From Lama guanicoe (lineage: Eukaryota): a stretch of DNA of 64,000 bases. Position 1 is the stretch's first letter. Each line of letters begins with the position of its first letter. The notes beneath the pieces were generated by a model. The model ran no database searches and was not told the origin of the DNA. It saw only the letters and a program-made list of their open reading frames with translations. Positions 1-32,708 of this stretch are shown here, piece after piece. The position numbers were made by a program, and so were the translations under genes. The DNA lies in contig MU057073.1 in NCBI GenBank assembly GCA_013239625.1, positions 1,411,426-1,475,425 on the forward strand. Reading direction: 5' to 3'.

Positions 1-232
1 TTTTTCCAGCTCACATTCAGGTAGGTGTTATCGGAGCATTGGTCCTGTGGGACTGTGGGTTGAAGCCCTTTTTTGAAGTCTCACCCTTTCTAGATACTGG
101 TCTTTCAGGGTGACCCCTTCCTAAGCAAAGGTTATTGGGCAAGGGGTTCAGCTTTGAGCAGTCTGTCATGCTCAGCTTACGGTTTCTTTTCACTGAGGAG
201 ACTCTTGACTCTAATTTCTCCCCATTTTATAG

Positions 233-3200
233 CTGAGCCGTGTGAATGGCACATCGTCGCCGCAGTCACCCCTGAGCACGCCGGGCAGGGTGGCTGCAGT
301 GGGGCCTTACATCCAGGTTCCCAGCACCGGCAGCTACCCTGTGCCTGGGGACCCTGTAAAGCCCCAGTCTCTCACCATTGCCTCAAGTGCTGCCCACGGA
401 AGATCCAAACCTGGTGAGTGGTAGGGCCCTCTTCTTGGGGGGGAGCGTGAGCAGCAAGGGGAGCTGTGGGGGCACAGCAGCCTCAGAGGAGCCCCTGCCC
501 ACCCCCAGTGTCCCCCGAGGCGCTCGGTCCTCCAGGGCAGCAATGGGGAGCTGCGTGCCACCACGCTGACACATGGACAGGTTCTCTGTATTGAACTCAC
601 CACCTTTACTGAGCAGCTTTTCAAAACACAGATTAATGAAGGCTGCACCCTCTCACGGCCCCGGGTTTGTGTACCTGTCAGGCACACGGTGGCCAGCGGT
701 GGCCACTGTGCTGCACGCCGAGCCTGCTGCCTGTCCTGGCACAGCCGGTACCTTGGCTGGCCTGCCTTTCCCCACCCAGCACAGTCTTCATCTCTCAGAA
801 AGTCCACAGACCCGTCCCTCTGAATTCCGCCGTGTGGCCGGCCGCGGGGCTCCCCGCGCTGCACAGGTACACAGCCCTGAGTCCCTCAGCACCCAGGCTG
901 CCAGCTGAGCGCAGCCCTGATTCTCTGTGGCGAGTCCACTCTCCTGCCTCGGAGGAAGATGGCTGTTTTAAACTGATGCATAAGATGCCGGCACTGCTTT
1001 GCAGTGAGACTGTGTGACTGGGGCTGACCCACCGCCCCGTCAGAGTCGCACGGCGCAGGTGCACAGTGCAGCGATCCAACACTGGTGACAGCAGGGCTGC
1101 GGGCCGGGGCGGGCCTGCACTGCGAGGACCTTCTCAGGGCTGGTGGTAGACGGGTGCTGCCCTTCTGTGTGTGTGCTCCGTGCTCTCGCTGGAGGGCCTG
1201 GCGCTTGCCGTGACCCAGGCAGGAGGGTGTGTCGCCAGCCTCAGATCTCTCCGTGGCTGTCTCATAAGCCATGCGGAGTGTGTGGTGGGCAGGAAAGTCA
1301 AATTGCAGCTTTCTTCGATAAGCTGTTGTTTATAGTTCTAAGCACCGGATAGTGGGAGTGGCTGTTTCCAGTGGCAGATAATTAGCACAGCCAGCGGCCT
1401 GTCTCCTGACTTCATCATAAACGCTTCCCACGCTGAGAATGGCTCCTGTTTCCCCTCCCCCCCAGGGGTCTGTGTGGGGCCACCTCACAGGTTGCGGGGA
1501 GAAGCCGCGCTCTCGGGGCTGGGGGAGGGGCCTTCAGAAGGAGCCTTGGTCTTTCTGCTGTGGTGGGAGGTGAGCGGACGCAGGACGCCTGTGCACCCCC
1601 GCCCTGGGGGCGGAATCTCAGCCCAGATGTGGGACTGGGGTGGGAAACCTCCCGAGGAGACTAACCCGCGGGGTCGGCCATCCTTCTGGTTCCGTGTCAC
1701 ACAGATGGCCCTGGTCAACCCCGAGCAGCCAGCCCGTGGACAGTGTCAGACCTTGACGTGGGGCCTGACTGCGGTTCGTCTCGGCCCTCTGCGCACCGGT
1801 TTGTAAACCGTACGTTGGCTGGCGGGCCTGGTGGGAGGCTCTGGTCCTCAGCACTGCCAAGTCCACAGCGCTTCTTCCAAACTGACAAAGGCTGCTCCTC
1901 GCAGTCAGCCGGGGAAGAGATGCCACACAGGCACGCCTGCCCTGCCCGCCGCAGTCGGGCGGCGCCTGGGGCCGGCCACGGCAGCCAGCCCTCCTCAGGG
2001 AGGTGCTGGCCCAGCAAGCGTTTTGCGGTTTTGTTTGCACAAACTTAGGATGATTGAGTTCACTGTGAGGCTTTTAGTTTTATCTTTAGTACAGGAATCT
2101 CCCATCAAACTTAAAGATGACTGTCCCTTTATAATAAGAATATATTCCTTCTACACCTCCTCTCTCATCCTGAAGGAGGAAAATCCATAGGCCCTTGCTT
2201 TCTAGTGCCTTTATGGCTGATTTCCATGAAAGTTCCTGCTGCTGTGAGATTTAGGAGCAGCTGGACGGCCACATTTCCTGTGACACTGAGAGGGGGCCAG
2301 GAAACCCAGCTCCCACGGCCAGCCCCAAAAACCCGCCCGCCCTCCTGAGTCAGCAGTGGGCTGGGTTGGTTTCCCATCGGCCCAGAATTTGTACCTCGGG
2401 GCACTCTTGGTGAACCTGCGCGTTTCTGGCCCACACCCACCCCCAATCTGATACAATAGAGAGGGTATGAAAGCACAGCAGCCAGAGCAAAGTGATGGTT
2501 TGGACTGAGGCCTTGGAAATGCCCCACCAGGGCCCTTGCCGCCTGGAGCCAGCAGCGAGGGGTTAGCAGTGCAGCAGCGACTCAGCTGAGCTGCTGCACC
2601 GTGTAGATGTGGCCCAGGGGTGGCTGCTGACTGGCCTCCTGTGGCCGGGCTTCGAGCTGGGGGGAGTCTCCTCTTCCTGTCTTAGCAGCCGCAGGTTTGG
2701 GCTGGAGCACTGCTGGTGGACGGAGGGACGGGGCTATGTCCCCTCGGATTTCTCTCCGCCTCGTGTGGCTGATAGCTGGGTGTGAAGTGTTCACCACTTC
2801 AGTCTGGGCTGTGAGCTAATCCTGCAGAGGCCGTGATGTATCGTGTCACTGCGCGTGAGCCTGTCTTACCAGGGAATGCTCCTGCGTCCTTTTTCAGTTT
2901 GGAAAATGCTGTTAAAAAACATACCTTTTCAATGGCTTTCCTGAAAACGCTGGGCTGACGGCTTTCTAATCACTGCAGCAGAGCGATAACCTGCTACTCC
3001 AATCAGTGGGAGCTTGTCCTGTCCTCCTGTGATCATGAGTTACTTTAAGAGGATAGAAATTTCTAAAAGGTTAAGTCAAATTTTTCTTTTAATACTAGAA
3101 GCAGTACAGGTCAAACCCGTTAAGAAGTCAGAAGGGAAATCTTTTTGTATTGCTGTATGTAACTGTACTTGTAAATACTGTTTGAAAACTGAGGGCCAGC

Positions 3201-6200
3201 ACTTTTTTATTCCCTAGTGTTGATGTAACGGGTTTGACCTGTATCTAAACAGGGGCCAAGAATGTGGCTTTGATCCCTTGGCCCCTGGCCCGGGTTGGCG
3301 CAGCCCCCTGCTTGATCGTCGAGTCTCTGCCCATGTGACAGCGCTGCCTGCCGCGCCGGTGGAGGCCGCCCTCGGTCTTGCCTGGCGCGAGCACGTGTTC
3401 AGGGAGGGGGCTTGGCCGCTGGATGATGGAGCTGCAGCAAAGTGTGTGTCCCAGAGGGGTTTTGTTCCTGGCAGGGAGTTAGTCTTATGTTGGTTCAACT
3501 AATTTCAAGCAAAGTTTTACTGGTATTCTGTTCTCTTCCAGCCAACGATGGAAATTGGCCAACACTGAAACAGAATCCTAGCTCTTCAGTGAAAGCAATG
3601 CAGGTTGCCGGTGTGGACTGGAAGGACCCTGGTGTGGAGGGGCCTCTCAAGCAGGGGGCCGTCTCCAGCCAGCCTGTGCCCTTGTCAGCACTAGGAGCTA
3701 CGGAGAAGCTGGTAGGCCGTTTGTCTCTGTCACAGAACACAGACAAGCTCCTCACCACCTGCACCCATGTCTGGCTTTCGTCTTCGTCTTGAGGGCCGGG
3801 AGGTGTCCTGAGGCAGGTTCACGCTGCTTGTGTCCAGGTCACACCCATGTCTGAAGGAGCCGGGTGCAGGGGTGCATGCCTTTGCTCAGGGTCCTTCGTC
3901 CCACTGTTTGGTCCCCGCAGTGTGCCGTGTGCCTCATCACAAGCCGATCTGAAGGATTACAAGTCCTACTTTGTATTCTCTTGTGACTGTGACTGAGGGA
4001 AATGTGCTTAACTTTTCAAAGGGTGACTTTGTCTTTCTTTTTGACCTCTAAATTTAGGGCATTGAGATTGGTAAAGCGCCACCCCCCATGCCTGGTGTCA
4101 GCAAGCAGCTGCCCCCAAGCTACGGGACGTACCCAAGTCCTGCACCTGTGGGCCCAGGGTCCACAAACTCCCTGGAGAGGAGGAAGGAGGGCAGCTTGCC
4201 CAGGCCCAGCGCAGGCTTGCCCAGTCGGCAGAAACCCACCCCGCTGCCTCCTGCGGGCAGCCCTCACCAGCCAGGTTCCTCACAGCAGATTCAGCAGAGG
4301 ATTTCCGTGCCGCCAAGTCCCACGTACCCGCCAACGGGGCTGCCTGCATTTCCAGCTGGAGACAGCAAACCTGAACTCCCACTGACAGTGGCCATTAGGC
4401 CCTTTCTGGCTGATAAAGGATCAAGGCCACAGTCCCCCAGGAAGGGACCCCAGACAGTGAATTCAAGTTCCATATACTCCGTGTACCTCCAGCAAGCCAC
4501 ACCGCCCAAGAATTACCAGCCAGCGGCGCACAGCGCCTTCAATAAGTCGGTTAAAGCAGGTACAGTGGGCTTGCTCCTCCTCTTGGGCTAGATCCTTTTA
4601 CTGAAGAAAGTGCCAATCTGTGTCCTTACTTTGGGACGACATGCTCTTTAGGATTAAACTTGATTTCTGTGTAAAGTGTGGCCTTAGGTACCTGTGTGAG
4701 GTAGGGGTAAAGGGTGAATTGCAGGCACAGTTGTGCAGGGCATCGCAGCTGACTTCCTGTCTGCAGCCAGGCCCTAGGGACAGTGATGCAAGGGGGTGTC
4801 TGCTGCTCTGGGACCCTTTCCCAGAGCCCGCAGGGAGAGAAGCCTTGGTTTGGGTGAGGGGACACCAGCCCTGGGCCAAGGTGTTCTGGGAAGGCAAGTG
4901 AGAGAAGGGAGCCTAGGTCCGCACAGACAGAGACTGACGGAGAGCCTCATCTGTGCGGCCGGCCGGGCTGGGCCTCCCCATGTTCTTGGGCTTCCAGACC
5001 AGTCTAAGGCTCTTTAGGCATGTGTGGCCCCCCGTGCCCAGGGACCCCCTGGCCCGCAGCAGGCTCCGCCCTGTGCTGGGAGAGGCCTGCCCCTTCCCTA
5101 GCGCCCCCGGGCCACCAGGTGAGACCTTCCTTCCTGAGGCGGCCTGTTCTGTACCATTCAGCTTCGTCCGAGGGTCAGGTAAGTTCTCCTTGGCCAGGAA
5201 AGAGCAAGGGTCTGCTTGGGACAGGGCAGGAAGGCAGGTTTGTAACTTTTTTTTTCATTTTTTTCATTTGAAAAATGCCCAATTCTGGAAACCCAAATGT
5301 AAAAACTGATAAATTAGAGACACTTCACCTTCAGAAGGAGTTGGTGCTGTTCTGTGAACGGTAGGGTCCCTTTGGGATTTAAAACTAGGCATAGCATCCT
5401 CAGCAGCAGATGCCCATCTCTGTAGGAGCCCATCTCTGTGTCACTGATGGTGCTCAGGGGCCAGGCCCCAGAACCCACAGGCTGCTGAAGTCGCCCTGTC
5501 CTCTGTCTCCTCCAGTGTACGGGAAACCTGTCTTACCGTCCGGCTCCACATCCCCGTCCCCGTTACCATTTCTTCACGGGTCACTGGCCACAAGCGCCTC
5601 GCAGCCACAGCCTCCAGAAAGCACCGAGAAGGAGGCTGAGCAGGACGGCCCCGCCCCGCCTGGGGACGGCACGGGCGCCGTGGAGAGCCTGCCGCGGCCA
5701 CTCAGCCCCACCAAGCTCACGCCCATCGTGCACTCGCCGCTGCGCTACCAGAGCGACGCTGACCTGGAGGCCCTGCGCAGGAAGCTGGCCAACGCGCCGC
5801 GGCCCCTGAAGAAGCGCAGCTCCATCACAGAGCCCGAGGGCCCCAGCGGGCCCAACATCCAGAAGCTGCTGTACCAGCGCTTCAACACCCTGGCCGGCGG
5901 CATGGAGGGCGCCCCTTTCTACCAGCCCAGCCCCTCGCAGGACTTCATGGGCACCTTAGCCGACGTGGACAATGGGAACACCAATGCCAACGGGAACCTG
6001 GGGGAGGCTGGCCCCACCCTGCCCACGGCCCCGCTGCCTGCTGAGCCCACCCCTGCCTCCGATGCCAATGACAACGAGCTGCCTTCCCCCGAGCCAGGGG
6101 GGCCCCTTTGTCCCGTGAACACCCACCAGGCCCCCGAGCCTGCCGAGGATGACAACAACAATGTGGCCACGGCCCCGTCCACAGACCAGCTCCCCAGCCC

Positions 6201-9200
6201 CGGGGCCGAGGCCCCCTCTCCAGGGCAGGAGCAGGTGACCCTGCCACTGGCTCCCACCGTGCCCTCAACGGCGGCCTTGACGGTAGGTGTTGCCCTGGGC
6301 CAGGGCCACAGCTCCCTCGTCACCCCGCCAGCTCTTGTTGAAGATGCACCTGTGTTGGTGGTGGCACTGGGGTTGGTGGGCCCTGCAGGGCACAGCCCAA
6401 GGTGTCCCTGAGAAGGGGAGCCATGGCTGCACCCCAAAGGGCAGGCAATGAGGGGAAGGAGAGCCTTCTAGACAAGGTTCCAGGTGGGAGGGTGGCACCG
6501 AGGGGGCCAGGCAGGTGGGCTCCCCTGCAGTGGGCGGAACTGAGCAGCTCACTCCCTAAGGAAGCAGCTGAGCTTGGCCGTCACCCTCCTGACTGTCACT
6601 CACCTTGCTGTGGAGCCGTCCCTCCAGGCAGTGCCAGGCATTGCTCTGCTCAGGCTCTAGACCCTCGCCTTTGCCGCCCAGGCCTGGCTGGTTGGCAAAC
6701 AGCTTTGAGTCAAAAGCCTGCTTCCTTCCCAATAGAACAAACGGACCAACCTGAAGAAGCCTAACTCGGAGCGGACAGGGCACGGGCTGAGGGTCCGGTT
6801 CAGCCCCCTGGCGCTGCTCCTGGACGCCTCTCTGGAAGGAGAGTTCGACCTGGTACAGAGGGTCATCTACGAGGTGAGTGAGCGCGGCCGCCGCGTCGGC
6901 TGCCCCGGGCCTGGCCAGGGCTCACACAGGCACCCTGTGTCCCAGGTGGAGGACCCCAGCCAGCCCAATGATGAGGGCATCACCCCACTGCACAACGCCG
7001 TCTGCGCCGGCCACCACCACATCGTCAAGTTCCTGCTGGACTTCGGGGTTAATGTGAATGCCGCTGACAGTGACGGCTGGTGAGGGCCCCTGGGGCGTGG
7101 GGTCCAGAAGGGGGGTTGGGGGGCAGGAAGGAAGGAGGATGCCAGCACTTGGTCCTGGGGTGCGCATCCTCCGGCCTTTGTTCACTGGGTTTTGTTAAAG
7201 GTTCGGCTGGGACGTATTCGCCATTGTAGGCTGAGCCGGAGTCAGTCTGTTTTTCAATGGCCAGAAAGTGCACAGGGAAGGGAGCCTCGCAGGCCGGCCT
7301 CATGAGTTGAGGCAGTGGTCTTGCTGCTGTGGGCAAGCCCCTGTAGCCCTGAAGTCGTCGTCACAGGCAGCTGTCTGTCCTGCCTCATTTGGTCATCTGT
7401 CAATTGTAAAATACACAGAACAGTTACCACGGCAGCCATTTCTGGGACATGCCAGCGGTGCGAGGGACACCCGGATCGCCATCGTATAGGCATCTGTCTC
7501 CCAGCCCGCTGCCCACCTGCACTTTTCAGGAACGTGCGTGGTCCTAAACTGTCAGTAGAAATCAGGCAACTGGAAAGACAGCGGCCTGGAGGCGAGCAGG
7601 GCCCTGGGTGCACAGCTGCCGGGCCTGCTCAAACGGCCATGCTGTCGGTTCCAGGACCCCGCTGCACTGCGCCGCCTCCTGCAACAGCGTGCACCTCTGC
7701 AAGCAGCTGGTGGAGAGTGGCGCCGCCATTTTTGCCTCAACCATCAGTGACGTTGAGACAGCCGCAGACAAGTGCGAGGAGATGGAGGAAGGCTACATCC
7801 AGTGTTCCCAGTTTCTGTATGGTATGCGGGGTGGGCGGGCGAGTGCCTCCAGCCCTTCTCCTGGCCGCATGGGGAGAAGCCCCTGGTTAACCTTGGGGGC
7901 AGCCCAGGAAGTCATCACGATGGAGGTCACACTGTCCGTCGGGCTCGTTCCTGAAGATGTGTTGGAAAATCCACATTGTTGCGAGCCCGTGCCAGGTTGC
8001 TAGAAACAAAACCACTTCTAGGTCTTGGCTAGATGGTGCCCTCTGGGCAGAGAAGTGGGGGTGGGTGGCTGGGCTGTCTGTGCACTTGGGCTGGGATGCA
8101 CTGGGATGTGCCTCCGCCCAGAGAGAGGCCTGTGACGGCCGACGGTGTCCCAGCGTGGTGACCGTGGTGGGTGAGCACTGGTCTTCCGTCCGCTCTTTAG
8201 GCAGAGGGGTTGGCAGGGCTGCAGCATCTCTGAGGCTGAAGTCAACAGGTCATCTGCCCCACATCTGTGGGTCCAGCCCACTTCAGACCCTGGGCCCTGG
8301 GGACAAAGTGATAAACAGGCAGGCTGAGCTCCCAGAACTGGGGGGTCCGCGGTCCCAGGACACCTGTGCCTTGGGGCCTGGCGGTCGGTCCTGCGCGTGC
8401 GCTCACTCCACTGTGGAGAGCTTCCTGCTATTGGAGCAGCATCGCAGCTGCTTTTGACATTGACTTTTGTAAGTATGTTCTCGGTGTGGGTTGAGCTTTA
8501 CTTGAGAAATGTCTTTCAGAACCACAGCCTTTGCTCTGGACTGAAATCCCCAGCAGCACTCCTCCCATCAGGACGTGAGAAGGACTGTGGGTGTTAAGTG
8601 GGGGGGGGGGCGGCAGCTGGCCGAGTTGGCAGCGTGGCCCTTCTGGTCCTGGAGCAAGCAGGGCTCTTTGCCGCCCACCCGCCACAGGGACCTGACAGTT
8701 TGCTCTCCCATCCCAGGGGTGCAGGAGAAGTTGGGTGTGATGAACAAAGGTGTGGTGTACGCCCTGTGGGCTTACGAGGCCCAGAACAGTGACGAGCTGT
8801 CCTTCCACGAAGGCGACGCACTCACCATCCTGAGGCGCAAGGACGAGAGCGAGACCGAGTGGTGGTGGGCCCGCCTGGGGGACCGGGAGGGCTACGTGCC
8901 CAAAAACCTGCTGGGGGTGAGTGCTCGAAGCTGCTGGTTCACCCCTTTCTGCCTGCCCGGGGAGCACGGGGCACTGGGCAAGGTGCGGCTCACATCCCGT
9001 GGGTGACTCAGTGCAGGAGCTCCCCCCAAGCCCTGGTACCCCCACAGGTGGGTGAGTTTGCAGAGCTGGTGGGAGGGTTGGCAGGCCCTGGGGAACTGTG
9101 GAGGTGTTTGCTCCTGGGGAGGCCCCGGGGCAGGCCAGCACCCTGGTGGCTGCTGCTAGCTGTGCTCTGCTCTCAAGGCGCCAGCCAGCAGTGTCTTCAG

Positions 9201-9555
9201 TGGGGGTGGGTGGGGAGATGCGGCACCCGCAGGCTGCTCCCAAGTATTGCATTCACAACCGCATCAGACCTCTCGGCCTGCATGCCCGACAGGTGCCACG
9301 TTCACCCCACCTTCACTGGATGTCAGTGGCCTACCAGGCGCCTTTGGGGGCCTTACAGCCAGTGACAGGGACTTTAGATGGTTTGAACCCACGGGGATTG
9401 AGGGTGGGCTCAGTAGGAGGTGACAGCCCAGGAGCTGAGGAGCTGGTGTGCAGCCTCGCGGGGAGCCCGGCTCCACGGCCGTCCCACCCTGACCCCTCTC
9501 CCTCGGCCCCTAGTTGTACCCACGGATCAAACCCCGACAGCGAACACTGGCCTGA
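233..9555 (+). CDS. PPP1R13B: Apoptosis-stimulating of p53 protein 1 (ASPP1), 3' part; spliced CDS, 5' exons upstream of window
   Basis: Exons: 233-413, 3542-3711, 4058-4559, 5516-6282, 6736-6873, 6946-7079, 7655-7821, 8717-8916, 9514-9555 (TGA). All are AG/GT bounded and phase-consistent (2301 nt). Translation gives the Pro-rich region, RVRF PP1 motif, ankyrin repeats ([32 protein letters not shown]), SH3 (ELSFHEGD...[20 protein letters not shown]) and the C-terminus [13 protein letters not shown], as in ASPP1. Confidence 0.97.
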
Positions 9556-10724
9556 ATGTCCCTCCAGAGCACCACTCAGACTTGCTGGCGACCAGGAGTC
9601 ACCCAGGAGATTTCTCCATTTCCCTGGGAAAGCTGAAGCTAGGAGTGGTTTTACTGGTGCTCACTTTAGCAGACGGCGTCCACAATGTGAAACCCCGGCA
9701 GTTTCTAGGTGAGGCCCTTTCTCCAGCTCACCCACACTGGGAGGGGTACTTTCACCTCCAAGAAGACTGAATTTTGCCAATTACTGTAAATCCAAATAAA
9801 TACCCAGCTTTCTCAACCACCGCCCTTGTTGCCAGTAAGCAGCCCTACAGTTAAGCGCTGGTTGGTGGCCAGTGAAGACCGATGCTCTGCTCGACTTGGG
9901 CGCACGGCTGCCCCTCAGTCCCATGTCACTCAGCCCACAGTGAACACTCCCAGCCGCTGTGAGGTGTGTCCCCCTGCTAGAGCCCTGCCCACCTGTGGCC
10001 TGGAAACCACAGGAACCCAATGTCCTTTTCTTCCTCACCTCGTGCGTTTCTTCCTAGCATCACCAGAGGGGCCCGTGTGTGGAAACTCCCGTCCCATGGT
10101 GGTGTCTGGTGTGCCGGCTCTGGGCCTCAGTCTGGGTCACCCAGGCCGCTGGTGTGGGGCTGGACTTCATGCCATGGGCACAAGGACCCTGAGGACCAGG
10201 TGACACACAGTCAGGGGTCTCAACGCAGCACTGCCTTCTCTGCAACCTCTCGCTGCCCAGGTGTGGTTCTGACGCCCTCCCAGGGTGGACATACCCTGCT
10301 GAGTGCAGTCTTGCCCTCGAGCCGGGGGTGGGTGGGCGTCGGGAGGGTGGCCCTGGGACAGGAGGGCAGGGCCCAGCCTCCCTGTCCGGGCGGCCATGAT
10401 GCAATAACATTTGCCCCAGTTCTAGACTTAAAGCAAGTAAGGCACTTCCCTGAGATCTGAACTGTACGTACAGGCTTTTATACACCAAGAGTATTTTTTG
10501 ACTAGACCACTCGAAGCTATCAGAGCCACGTTGGAAATGTCTTCTCATTAAAACCCAGGCTCTTAGGCTTTGTTTTCCATGTGCGAGTCTTGTGTGTACT
10601 TCACGTACAAACGTGTAGAGCCTTGCTGTGGTCAGCCAGTTTGAAGCACTGATTGTACCCAGCGGGGTGGTGAGGAACGGACACCCCACGGGCAGCCTCT
10701 GAGGAGCCGTGTCCACGTGCACAC

Positions 10725-10730
10725 AATAAA
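10725..10730 (+). terminator. Probable PPP1R13B poly(A) signal AATAAA
   Basis: AATAAA about 1.17 kb after the stop, followed by GT-rich gagtcttgtgtt. Alternative AATAAA at 9795-9800 and 10894-10899. Confidence 0.6.
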
Positions 10731-10850
10731 CCGCTGTCTCCCACCGGCGGCTGCGAGTCTTGTGTTCCGGGGCCCGAGCGGAGCTGTGCGGGCAGCTCAG
10801 GTGGTCGGGACACAGCGAGGCGAGGCCTGACCCGTATTTTCAAAATAGGT

Positions 10851-10896
10851 TTTAATCATAAGCTTTATATACAAATTGTTGTACAGTTATTTTAAT
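10851..10896 (-). terminator. Probable ZFYVE21 poly(A) signals (ATTAAA x2)
   Basis: tttaat at 10851-10856 and 10891-10896 reads ATTAAA on the minus strand, in an AT-rich island about 530-570 nt downstream of the ZFYVE21 stop. Confidence 0.6.
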
Positions 10897-11292
10897 AAAG
10901 TGAAATAGTAAGTGAAAAGTACAAAACACAAAGCTTGCTCCTTCCCCCCGTGAAGTATCAGAGGCGTGTGCACAGCCCCAAATTAGTGACGCAGTGAACG
11001 GACAGCCTGTAAAACGGGTTCAGGCCGACTGTAAGCCGCGTATGGGAGACCAGGCAGGCAGCAGGGCCCTCCAGGCCGGGTCTCCGCTGCCGGCCCACTT
11101 CTGAAGAAGAACTAACAAAACGAGCAGCAAGGGGCCAGGACCCACTCGCACGCTCGGGCCTGACAGCTTACGCTGCACAGTTAGCAGCTGTGCAGCTCAG
11201 CGGCTCCCACCCCCGGGTAAGTATCAACAGGGTAACAAATTCTGAAGCACGAGCTGTTGAGAGCGTTAATCAGCGGTGTACGTATTGCACTA

Positions 11293-22500
<11,208 letters not shown>

Positions 22501-24168
22501 GATGCAGCGCTGAGTGGGAAGAGCAGGTGTGCGTGGGTGGCAGGTTGCATCTGCGGGACGCCCTGGTCCATGAGGACGGCCAAGTCAGGGGTCTGCTGGA
22601 CACCCGGGTGTGGGGGAGGCACTGCGGAGTGGGGAGAGCTCAAAGCTACAGGGGCTGAAAAGAGAAGAGGTTCCCAGACGAATAAGAGGGTCCTGAGAAG
22701 GGAGGGGGCCCAGTAGTCTGGGCTGGGCAGCTCTGGAGAAACCACAGTGGTGGCCCAGGTGTGAGAGGACCTGTGTGGCCACCCAAGGTCCGGGTGAAAC
22801 CCAGCAGCCTAGGGTGAAGGAGTGCTCATTGCTGCCCTCTTCTGGGGGGGAGCCAGAAAACATGCCCAGCCTTGAGAGTGGGCTGTTCCCAATGCAGCTG
22901 GACACCCCCAGGCCGGTTAGCCTATGGATAACTGAGTTCTCCAGAGGGTGGAGACCAAATGGTTCTGCTGGCTGGGCAAACCCACGGGTTGCGGGGCCCT
23001 GGAGCCTTGTGCTTGGGCAGGAGACTAGCCCCCAGGCGCCCAGCTCCTTCCACCCAGAAGCTGCCTCCAGGGTCCCACAAGCACATGGCAGTGGTTCCCT
23101 GCCCTGCTGCAGCTGATGCTGCAATTTGGCCTTTTCTGGGCATCTTGCCCATCGCCCCTGCCAGCCCTGTCTCCCTGACCAGACTGTGTGAAGCAGAGAG
23201 TGCTGGTGCCTAGTTCTGGAAGTCTCAAAAACAACCTGATAGTGTCTACGTCAGTACGGTATCCCAGGCACTGAAGGCAAAGCCCACAGTGTGCCACCTC
23301 CTCTTGGCCTTGCGAGCCCCCAGGGCGCCAGGCCTTGCTGCTGGACGCTGACCCCAGATCCGGCCTGAGTGGCTGCTGGCCTGGGCATCCCTTACCTGCT
23401 TCACTTCTTGGTGGGCCACGCTGGAACACCGGGTGACTTGCCGAGGTAGCCAGCAGCGTTGGGCTCCCACAGAATTGCGTGCTCGGGCCATGGGAGGGGC
23501 CCTTCCACCAGGGGGCCGCCACAGGCTTGCCTGGTGAGGGTTGAGGGCTGCGGGCCACAGCCTCCATTGTTCTCTGCCGAAGCAGCCTAGTGGTCACAGA
23601 CATTCCGACTTCCTGTCCTTCAATATTCTCCACTCCCTTTTTCCACTCTTTCCAGATGGAGTCCCATGGAGACACACTTCAGGAACTTTAAACTGAAGGA
23701 TGTAAAACCCACTTCATTTGAGTGAGCCCAGTGCACACAGGTCCCCAGCGTCGCCCCAGAGCAGTGGGTCAGGGCAGGGTACTCACCTGGACCCCGGGCC
23801 CGGCGAGGGTGAGGCTGGGACAGGTGCTCCTTTCTCTTCTTCTGCAGAGGATGAAATGGGCTGACCGTCAGAATGCAGGGGGCTGGGGGATTTCTTCAAA
23901 TGCATGTGTGTGTGGGCGTTGAGTCCAAGGTTTCTGAGTTAATTGGCCTGCAGAAGGGTTGCCCTAGACTTATCAGCGGTGTTCCTGGTACAGTGAAGTC
24001 TCTCCAACCTCTGGGCCGATGGTGAACCCCAGTCACAGAAGGGACCGCACACCCGGGCCACGGACACTCCTTTGCACTTGGCTCCTGGGCTCGGAGTGAC
24101 AGCAAGTGTGTTGGAATCACTGTCCCCGGGAGGTGATATCTGTCTTTCTGGTCACCCTGCTGAAGATA

Positions 24169-32708
<8,540 letters not shown>

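Noticed and set aside
5410-6411. 333-aa ORF as a single-exon gene
   Set aside because: It is PPP1R13B exon 5516-6282 with chance open intronic flanks.
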